32,000 bases of DNA from Erysipelotrichaceae bacterium (GTDB lineage: Bacteria; Bacillota_I; Bacilli_A; Erysipelotrichales; Erysipelotrichaceae): contig JAUVVC010000003.1 of the NCBI GenBank assembly GCA_030604855.1, forward strand, positions 120,001-152,000. The letters run 5' to 3'. Each line of letters opens with the position of its first letter. The stretch's first letter is position 1. The notes under the pieces are model-generated. The model searched no databases and was not told where the DNA came from. It saw nothing but the letters and a program-made list of their open reading frames with translations. Both the position numbers and the translations under genes were made by a program. Shown in pieces: positions 8,143 through 15,227 of this stretch.

Positions 8143-8155
8143 CATACTTGTGAGT
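8140..8155. promoter_or_regulatory. Inverted repeat ACTCA-N6-TGAGT overlapping the -10/TSS (candidate operator)
   Basis: Perfect 5-bp arms, extendable with mismatches to 8137-8158. Confidence 0.3.
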
Positions 8156-8177
8156 TTATGCGCAAAGGAGCAGAACG

Positions 8178-10664
8178 ATGAAAAAAATCTTGATTGTTGG
8201 TGGGGTTGCCGGTGGTGCCACTGCAGCTGCCCGTCTTCGTCGCTTAAGTGAAGAAGACGAAATTATTATGTTTGAACGCGATGAGTATATCAGTTTCGCG
8301 AACTGTGGATTACCGTATTATATTGGGAATGTGATTACGGATCGTGAGGACCTTTTGGTTCAAACGGTTGAAGGCATGTCTGAGCGCTTTAATTTGGATA
8401 TTCGCAACTTCTCTGAAGTCGTCGATATCAATCGTGCTGAAAAGACCGTAACCGTTAAGAAAACAAAAACAGGGGATACTTACCAAGAAAGCTATGATGT
8501 CTTGATTCTTTCCCCAGGTGCGAAACCGATCTTTCCACCGATTGAAGGCATCAAAGAAGCGAGCAACCTTTTTACTTTAAGAAATATTCCAGATACCGAT
8601 GCGATCTATCGTTTCATTGAGACCAAACAGCCGAAGACAGCTGTCGTCGTTGGGGGTGGTTTCATTGGGGTTGAAATGGCTGAGAATTTGACGGAACGTG
8701 GCATCAAAGTCACCTTGGTTGAAAAACTTCCTCAAGTCTTGGCACCATTTGATTTTGAAATGGCGCAGATCGTCCATAAAGAACTGAATACCCATGGGGT
8801 TGATTTAGTTCTCGGGGATGGTTTATTGAGTTTTGCGAATCATGGTAGAACCATCAATCTTGAAAGTGGTAAGTCCATTGATACCGATTTGATCATACTT
8901 TCGATCGGGGTTTCACCTGAAAATACTTTAGCCAAGAAAGCCGATCTACTGGTTGGACCACGTGGTCATATCGCCGTTTCTTCGAAGCTGGAAACCTATG
9001 ATGCGAATTCCAAAGAAGTCGTCAAAGATGTTTATGCGTTAGGGGACGCGATTCAGGTCAAAGATTTCGTGACCAACCATGATACCGCGATTGCTTTGGC
9101 ATGGCCTGCAAACCGTCAAGCGCGTATCTTGGCGGATATCATTCATGGTAAAGATGTTCAATACAACGGATCCATGGGTACCTCGGTCTTGAAGGTCTTC
9201 AATTTAACAGTAGCCGCAACGGGCAATAACCAACGGACGGCTGAAATGAAGAAAATACCGGTTCAGGCGATTCATGCCCACCGCAACAATCACGCTTCCT
9301 ACTATCCAAACGCAACCAACATCGACTTCAAGTTGGTGTACAATCCTGAAACACTTGAGATCTTAGGTGCACAAGCGATTGGACAAGATGGGACTGAAAA
9401 ACGAATCGATGTCATTGCGACCGCAATCAAATCCAAAGCCAAAGTAACGGATTTAAGTGATTTGGAATTGGCGTATGCACCGCCGTTCTCGTCGGCAAAA
9501 GACCCAGTCAATATCTTGGGTTATATTGCAGAGAATGTCATTGAAGGACACTATAAAGTGGTTTATCCTTCACAGGTTGAAGAATTTAAGAAACAGAATG
9601 CTTTATTCCTGGATGTCCGTACACCAATCGAATATGAAACGGGACACATCGAAGGGGCTTTGAACATTGAAGTTGATGATTTTAGAAACAATTTGGATAA
9701 ATTGAATGTGTCTAAGGACCATCCGATTGTGGTGAACTGTCAGGTTGGTCTACGTGCCTACGTCGCGATCATGATCCTCAAACACAAGGGTTATACGAAC
9801 TTATACAACTTGTCCGGTGGTTATGCGACCTATAAAGCCTTTGTCTATGAATTGAACAGTGCGCATGTTGGTTCAGCAGCTTCTTTCGGGAAAGTGGATG
9901 AGACCACTGGGGTTGCGAAAGTAGCGGCTTTAGGCGAAAATGCGAAGGTCATTGATGTGACGGGCATGCAATGCCCAGGACCTCTGTTGGAAACCTATAA
10001 GGCAGTTCAAGGAGTGAGTGAAGGCGAAGGCGTCAAAGTCATCGCAACCGATCCAGGCTTCGCATCCGATGTCGTAAGTTGGGCTAAGACCAATGGTCAT
10101 GATCTGGTCAGTTTGAATCTTGATGGCAATAAGTATATTGCGGAAATCGTCAAGGGTCATCGTGCTCAAGACCAAGGTCAAAAGACCATCAACCAGGAGA
10201 ATGCGACCTTGGTTCTCTTCTCAGGCGAATTGGATAAAGCCTTAGCCGCAATGATCATTGCACAAGGTGCGGCAGCCCAAGGGAAGAAAGTATCCATCTT
10301 CTTCACCTTCTGGGGTTTGAATGCGTTGCGTAAAGAAAACAATGTCGTTGTGGAAAAGAACTTCATTGAGAAGATGTTTGGATTCATGATGCCAAAGGGT
10401 GCCAATAAACTACCACTCTCCAGCATGAACATGTTGGGTGTTGGAGCGGGCATGATCAAAGACATCATGAAGCAGAAGAATGTCGATTCCTTACCTGTCA
10501 TGATGAAGAACTCCCAAGCTTTGGGTGTCAAGTTCATCGCATGCCAAATGAGCATGGATCTGATGGGTATCAGAAAAGAAGAACTCATCGATGGTGTTGA
10601 AATCGGTGGTGTTGGAACCTATATCGCCAATAATGAAAACGTTGGCACAACTTTATTCATCTAA
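8178..10664 (+). CDS. Four-domain fusion: CoA-disulfide (persulfide) reductase / NADH-oxidase-type flavoprotein + rhodanese + TusA/SirA-like + DsrE/DsrF-like
   Basis: GGVAGG FAD motif and SFANC(43)GLPYY redox Cys. Rhodanese loop VNC(521)QVGLRA. TusA motif GMQC(599)PGPLL. C-terminal DsrE-like segment LVLFSGELDKALAAMIIAQGAAAQGKKVSIFFTFWG and IAC(789)Q. Confidence 0.85.
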   Translation: MKKILIVGGVAGGATAAARLRRLSEEDEIIMFERDEYISFANCGLPYYIGNVITDREDLLVQTVEGMSERFNLDIRNFSEVVDINRAEKTVTVKKTKTGDTYQESYDVLILSPGAKPIFPPIEGIKEASNLFTLRNIPDTDAIYRFIETKQPKTAVVVGGGFIGVEMAENLTERGIKVTLVEKLPQVLAPFDFEMAQIVHKELNTHGVDLVLGDGLLSFANHGRTINLESGKSIDTDLIILSIGVSPENTLAKKADLLVGPRGHIAVSSKLETYDANSKEVVKDVYALGDAIQVKDFVTNHDTAIALAWPANRQARILADIIHGKDVQYNGSMGTSVLKVFNLTVAATGNNQRTAEMKKIPVQAIHAHRNNHASYYPNATNIDFKLVYNPETLEILGAQAIGQDGTEKRIDVIATAIKSKAKVTDLSDLELAYAPPFSSAKDPVNILGYIAENVIEGHYKVVYPSQVEEFKKQNALFLDVRTPIEYETGHIEGALNIEVDDFRNNLDKLNVSKDHPIVVNCQVGLRAYVAIMILKHKGYTNLYNLSGGYATYKAFVYELNSAHVGSAASFGKVDETTGVAKVAALGENAKVIDVTGMQCPGPLLETYKAVQGVSEGEGVKVIATDPGFASDVVSWAKTNGHDLVSLNLDGNKYIAEIVKGHRAQDQGQKTINQENATLVLFSGELDKALAAMIIAQGAAAQGKKVSIFFTFWGLNALRKENNVVVEKNFIEKMFGFMMPKGANKLPLSSMNMLGVGAGMIKDIMKQKNVDSLPVMMKNSQALGVKFIACQMSMDLMGIRKEELIDGVEIGGVGTYIANNENVGTTLFI

Positions 10665-10667
10665 TAT

Positions 10668-10690
10668 GAACCCGCTTCGGCGGGTTTTTT
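10668..10690 (+). terminator. Rho-independent terminator
   Basis: AACCCGC-TTCG-GCGGGTT followed by TTTTTT. Confidence 0.85.
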
Positions 10691-10692
10691 AT

Positions 10693-10704
10693 TGTGAAAT
10701 CACA
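10693..10704. promoter_or_regulatory. Palindrome TGTGA-AA-TCACA (candidate regulator site)
   Basis: Perfect 5-bp arms immediately after the terminator and about 90 nt upstream of the opp-type promoter. Confidence 0.25.
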
Positions 10705-10773
10705 TAATATTGTTTCAAAACATATAAATATTAGTAATGTAACATTTACATGTAAACAAATGTAAAGAGTGTA

Positions 10774-10788
10774 ATATTTGTGAAAATG
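10774..10788 (+). promoter_or_regulatory. CodY-box-like sequence ATATTTGTGAAAATG
   Basis: Hand-scored 11/15 match to AATTTTCWGAAAATT. It abuts the -35 of the opp-type promoter. Confidence 0.25.
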
Positions 10789-10791
10789 ATA

Positions 10792-10820
10792 TTGACAGTT
10801 ATGAAAAGATTGACCATAAT
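10792..10820 (+). promoter_or_regulatory. Candidate sigma-A promoter TTGACA-17-CATAAT for the ABC/GGT/CHR operon
   Basis: Consensus -35 at 10792-10797, 17-nt spacer, -10 at 10815-10820, 24 nt upstream of the ATG at 10845. Confidence 0.6.
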
Positions 10821-10844
10821 GGTGCAATAGTAAAGGTGGGCACT

Positions 10845-11786
10845 ATGTTAAGGTATGTTCTGAAGCGTATAGGCAACATTGTCATTCTGTTGATTGGGAT
10901 CTCGTTCATCATCTTTGCGAGTCTCTATTTAGCACCTGGAGATCCGGCTGAGTTGGTGGCCGGAGCCAATGCGACACCGGATGACATTGAGCGTGTACGC
11001 GTCTTTTTAGGTTTGGATAAACCCTTCTTGGTTCAATATTGGATCTACTTCACCAACCTGCTTCAAGGGAATCTCGGGACTTCGTTGGTGACTCGGCAAC
11101 CGGTGCTGAATGAAATCATCACACGTCTACCGCATACCCTGAATCTGGCCTTCACTTCAATGCTGGTTGCGGTGCTCATCGGAATTCCAGCTGGCATCAT
11201 TTCTGCCATCAAGAAAGATTCGTGGTTGGATAATCTGATCTCAACCACTTCCTTGGCGGGCATTTCCGTACCAAACTTCTGGTTGGGATCGATGTTGATT
11301 CTGTTATTCAGTGTCGTGCTTCGTTGGTTGCCGACGGGGGGGATGACGGAGCCCTTCTGGACGAGCCTGGGCTTCAAACAAGCCATCTTACCTTCAATAG
11401 CATTGGGGATGAGTGTTGCGGCGAGTTTCATGCGTGTTGGCCGTAGTGCCATGCTGGATGTCTTGCAGTCAGATTATATTCGCACAGCGCGTTCAAAAGG
11501 CTTAAAGTATAGCACGATCGTCGTGATACATGCCTTGCGAAATGCCTTAATTCCGATTCTAACGATCTTTGGAACGAGTTTTGGTGGTTTATTGGGCGGT
11601 GCGATCGTTACGGAACAAGTCTTTGTAATCAATGGAATAGGTACCTATTTACTCTCTTCGATCAATATGCGTAACTATCCTGCTGTACAGAGTACGGTAC
11701 TGGTCATTGCTTTCTTCTTTGTCTTTGTAAATCTATTGGTGGATTTGCTCTACGTGGTTGTGGATCCACGTATCACGTACGATTAG
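10845..11786 (+). CDS. Peptide/nickel (Opp/Dpp-type) ABC transporter permease, OppB/DppB-like
   Basis: Typical N-terminus RYVLKRIGNIVILLIGISFIIF and the motif YIRTARSKGL. The ATG at 10845 is preferred over the GTG at 10836 because AAAGGTGG serves as its RBS. Confidence 0.9.
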   Translation: MLRYVLKRIGNIVILLIGISFIIFASLYLAPGDPAELVAGANATPDDIERVRVFLGLDKPFLVQYWIYFTNLLQGNLGTSLVTRQPVLNEIITRLPHTLNLAFTSMLVAVLIGIPAGIISAIKKDSWLDNLISTTSLAGISVPNFWLGSMLILLFSVVLRWLPTGGMTEPFWTSLGFKQAILPSIALGMSVAASFMRVGRSAMLDVLQSDYIRTARSKGLKYSTIVVIHALRNALIPILTIFGTSFGGLLGGAIVTEQVFVINGIGTYLLSSINMRNYPAVQSTVLVIAFFFVFVNLLVDLLYVVVDPRITYD

Positions 11787-11795
11787 GAGGAACAC

Positions 11796-12674
11796 ATGCG
11801 CAAACGTAAAGAAAATTGGTTGACTAAAGCATTTACGAATCTGCTTAAGAATAAATTGGCGACTGTAGCCTTCTTCTTTCTAATCATCGAAATCATCATT
11901 GTTGTAATCGCTCCTTACTTAACACCACACGATCCTTTGGAAACCAATATCGCATTGAAATTGGCACCTGGGTTCTGGGCTTCAGAAGGATATGTAGAAG
12001 GGTATTATCTAGGGACAGATCATCTCGGCCGTGATGTATTGACAAGACTCCTCTATGGAGGACGTATATCTTTGTGGGTAGGCTTTGTCTCCACATTCAT
12101 TGGTTTGGTCTTTGGAGTCACGTTAGGACTACTAGCTGGTTACTATAAACAACTGGACAACATCATCATGCGCTTCATGGATCTCTTGTTTACTTTTCCA
12201 GGCATCCTCTTGGCCATGTTGATTGTGGCGATGCTTGGAGTGAGTACCACGAATGCGATGATTGCGATTAGTGTTTGGTCGATACCTGGATTTGCACGGA
12301 TGGTGCGTGGAAAGGTGTTATCGCTTAAAGAAGAAGATTATGTCACAGCAGTGCGTTCATTGGGTGCAAGTGACTTTCGGATTCTATTCCTTCACATTCT
12401 AAAAAATAGTTTACCTGTCATCATCGTTGTATCAACGATGCGTCTCGCAAGTTCGATCATGTCGATTGCGACCTTAAGTTTCCTTGGTCTTGGTTCGCCA
12501 CCGCCCAATCCGGAGTGGGGGGCAATGATCGCGACGGCCCGCGATTATATGTGGAAGCAACCAAGTTTGATAATTATCCCAGGGGTTGTGGTGATGATGA
12601 CTGTCATCAGCTTCAACATCGTCGGAGACAAGCTGAGGGATGTCTTGGATCCGAGTTTAAAAGAAAATGCTTAA
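11796..12674 (+). CDS. Peptide/nickel ABC transporter permease, OppC/DppC-like
   Basis: HLGRDVLTRLLYGGRISL, the EAA-type loop YVTAVRSLGASDFRILFLHILKNS, and an AGGAGG RBS. Confidence 0.9.
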   Translation: MRKRKENWLTKAFTNLLKNKLATVAFFFLIIEIIIVVIAPYLTPHDPLETNIALKLAPGFWASEGYVEGYYLGTDHLGRDVLTRLLYGGRISLWVGFVSTFIGLVFGVTLGLLAGYYKQLDNIIMRFMDLLFTFPGILLAMLIVAMLGVSTTNAMIAISVWSIPGFARMVRGKVLSLKEEDYVTAVRSLGASDFRILFLHILKNSLPVIIVVSTMRLASSIMSIATLSFLGLGSPPPNPEWGAMIATARDYMWKQPSLIIIPGVVVMMTVISFNIVGDKLRDVLDPSLKENA

Positions 12675-12686
12675 AAGGAGAAAGAA

Positions 12687-14228
12687 ATGAAGACAATTAA
12701 AAATTTAATTCTAAGTTTAGTCTTTGCTTTAGTGCTTACCGCTTGTGGGAGTAATACCCCTGCAGCACCAGTGGCTGTTGAAGACGCAAAGATCAATGTG
12801 ATCATCACAGCGATTCCATCTGGCTTTTCACCATTGAAAACCAATGACTCTGCATCGTCATCCATCAACTCGCAAATCTATGAGTCCTTGTATAAACGTG
12901 AAATGGATGGTTCTGGTTATTATCCATTACTAGCTAAGGACTTCCCTGCTTGTTCCGAAGATGGTTTAACATGTACGATTACTTTGAATGAAGGAATCAA
13001 ATTTCACGATGGCAAGGAACTGACGGCCGATGATGTCAAGTACACCTTGGAAAGCATTAAGGACCCTGAATATGGATCAGCACGTGCTTCAATCGCGGCT
13101 TCGATTGAAACGGTTACAGTTGTAGATCCTTATACAGTTGAATTGAAATTGAAGTATCCAGACGGTGTCTTATTGGCGAAGTTGGCACATACGAACTCTG
13201 CGATCATCTCTGAGCAAGCGGATACCGCTCAAGATTTGATGGCCAATCCAGTCGGAACAGGACCTTACAAATTTGTCAGTTATACCTCTGGAAGTGAAGT
13301 TGTCTTAACCCGTAATGAAGATTATTGGGGTGAACTATCGAATATCAAGGATATCGTTGTTACCATCGTTACAGAACCTGCTACAGCAATCGCGCGTTTG
13401 GAAACAGGTGAGGCTGATTTTGTCGCAACGATACCTGTAGACCAAATCGGTCGTGTTGAAGCGATGAGTAATGTAACCCTCTATACCAAAGAAGGTGCTG
13501 GAATCACATATTTAGGTATGCGTACAACAGTTTCATCCAATGAAATTACATATGATAAGAGTGTACGTCAAGCAATTGCTTATGCGATCGATCGTGAAGC
13601 ATGGGTTGAATCTCTAGAAGGTTATGCAGTCTTCTCACGAAGTCTTGTAGGACCACGTGTTCTTGGTTATACCGAAGAAGCAGAAAACTTTGGTTATCCA
13701 TTTGATCCAGAAAAAGCTAAAGAATTAGTTGCGGCATGTGGATGTGGAGATGAAGAAATCGTCTTCTTAACCCAAAACAACCCAACTTTGGTTGCGTTGG
13801 CTGAAATGATTCAAAGTAATTTAAAAGATGTTGGTTTCACCAATGTCGTGATTGACGCTCAGGAATTTGCGACTTATTTAACAGAAGCTACGAAAGATGA
13901 TCGCTATGCCATTGGTATCTTTACTTGGGCGAATGTCACAGGTGATGGTTCCGAATTGCTTGAACCAAACTTTACAAGCGCTGGTGCGAATCGTATCAAA
14001 TATGCAAACCCTGAATTTGAAGCTTTAGTGCTCCAAAGTAAGACCACCATTGATTTGGATGCTCGTATTCAAGCTTTGGAAGCAGCAAATGAAATGATTT
14101 TGGAAGATGCAGCTGTCGTGCCATTGTATAACACATTCTTGATCTATGCTGCAAACAAGCGATTGACAAACGTGGAGCTTGATCCAGGTTCGTTATTCTA
14201 CATCAACCAAATGAGTGTAACAGAATAA
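12687..14228 (+). CDS. ABC transporter substrate-binding lipoprotein, family 5 (OppA/DppA/GsiB-like)
   Basis: Signal peptide plus lipobox LVLTAC at the N-terminus. Contains GTGPYKF and EDYWG, both typical of SBP family 5. Confidence 0.9.
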   Translation: MKTIKNLILSLVFALVLTACGSNTPAAPVAVEDAKINVIITAIPSGFSPLKTNDSASSSINSQIYESLYKREMDGSGYYPLLAKDFPACSEDGLTCTITLNEGIKFHDGKELTADDVKYTLESIKDPEYGSARASIAASIETVTVVDPYTVELKLKYPDGVLLAKLAHTNSAIISEQADTAQDLMANPVGTGPYKFVSYTSGSEVVLTRNEDYWGELSNIKDIVVTIVTEPATAIARLETGEADFVATIPVDQIGRVEAMSNVTLYTKEGAGITYLGMRTTVSSNEITYDKSVRQAIAYAIDREAWVESLEGYAVFSRSLVGPRVLGYTEEAENFGYPFDPEKAKELVAACGCGDEEIVFLTQNNPTLVALAEMIQSNLKDVGFTNVVIDAQEFATYLTEATKDDRYAIGIFTWANVTGDGSELLEPNFTSAGANRIKYANPEFEALVLQSKTTIDLDARIQALEAANEMILEDAAVVPLYNTFLIYAANKRLTNVELDPGSLFYINQMSVTE

Positions 14229-14246
14229 TATAAAAGGAGAATCCAT

Positions 14247-15227
14247 ATGGCCAAAGTACTTGACATCAATCAACTCGTGACCCATTTCACGATTGCCGGG
14301 AAATCCTATCCGGTTATCCGTGACTTATCTTTCTACGTGAACCAAGGAGAAACAGTGTGCATCGTAGGTGAGAGTGGTTGCGGGAAAAGTGTCACCACTT
14401 TGGCCATCATGGATTTATTACCCAATAATGGAGAAGTGGTTTCAGGTTCAATCAAACTCAATGAGATAGAACTTACAAAATTAAATAAAAAAGAACGCAA
14501 TGCATTTAGAGGGCGAGACATGGGTATGATTTTCCAAGAACCCATGACGGCACTGAATCCGCTGTTGACGATAGGTTATCAGTTGACGGAAAACATCATG
14601 TTGCATCGTAAAGTGGATAAAAAGAATGCGACTAAGATAGCCATTCATTATCTTAATGTAGTTGGTATTTCTAATCCTACTGAACGTTTGAAACAGTATC
14701 CATTTCAATTAAGTGGAGGATTACGTCAACGAGTCATGATTGCCATGGTCATCTCCGTCAAACCGAAGTTGTTGATTGCAGATGAACCTACAACCGCATT
14801 GGATGTGACCATCCAGAAACAAGTTTTGAATTTGATGAACAAATTAAAAAAAGACATAGACGCTGGCATACTTTTCATTACTCACGACTTAGGTGTCGTG
14901 GCTGAAATTGCCGATCGTGTCATTGTTTTATATGCTGGCCGGAAAGTTGAAGAAGCATCGGTTGAAGATTTGTTTAACAACCCTAAGCATCCGTATACAA
15001 TCGGCTTGATGAATGCTGTCCCCAATGTGGACAGTGATCACTTTGAAATCAAACCGATACCAGGTACATTTCCTTTGTTGACAGATGATATTAAAGGCTG
15101 TCGTTTTCACCCGCGTTGTCCATATGCAACAGATCGGTGTCGCAATGAAATACCGAATGAAGTTGAATATGATAAGCACCATCGTGTCGCTTGTTTTAAG
15201 GTAGAAGAGGAGTTTGATCATGAGTGA
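14247..15227 (+). CDS. Peptide ABC transporter ATP-binding protein, OppD/DppD-like
   Basis: Walker A GESGCGKSV, signature LSGGLRQR, Walker B LLIADEPTTALD, and a C-terminal 4-Cys motif CRFHPRCPYATDRC...VAC. Confidence 0.9.
   Translation: MAKVLDINQLVTHFTIAGKSYPVIRDLSFYVNQGETVCIVGESGCGKSVTTLAIMDLLPNNGEVVSGSIKLNEIELTKLNKKERNAFRGRDMGMIFQEPMTALNPLLTIGYQLTENIMLHRKVDKKNATKIAIHYLNVVGISNPTERLKQYPFQLSGGLRQRVMIAMVISVKPKLLIADEPTTALDVTIQKQVLNLMNKLKKDIDAGILFITHDLGVVAEIADRVIVLYAGRKVEEASVEDLFNNPKHPYTIGLMNAVPNVDSDHFEIKPIPGTFPLLTDDIKGCRFHPRCPYATDRCRNEIPNEVEYDKHHRVACFKVEEEFDHE

Noticed and set aside
10178-10588. 136-aa antisense ORF in the DsrE-like region, plus similar antisense or alternative-frame ORFs at 688-1020, 938-1180, 1421-1792, 4358-4672, 4711-5013, 11063-11452, 14928-15299, 16807-17094, 17841-18320, 20959-21396, 21215-21505 and 31323-31700
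   Set aside because: All are embedded in strongly supported genes. They lack RBSs and recognisable motifs and show low-complexity or biased composition. I treated them as shadow ORFs.
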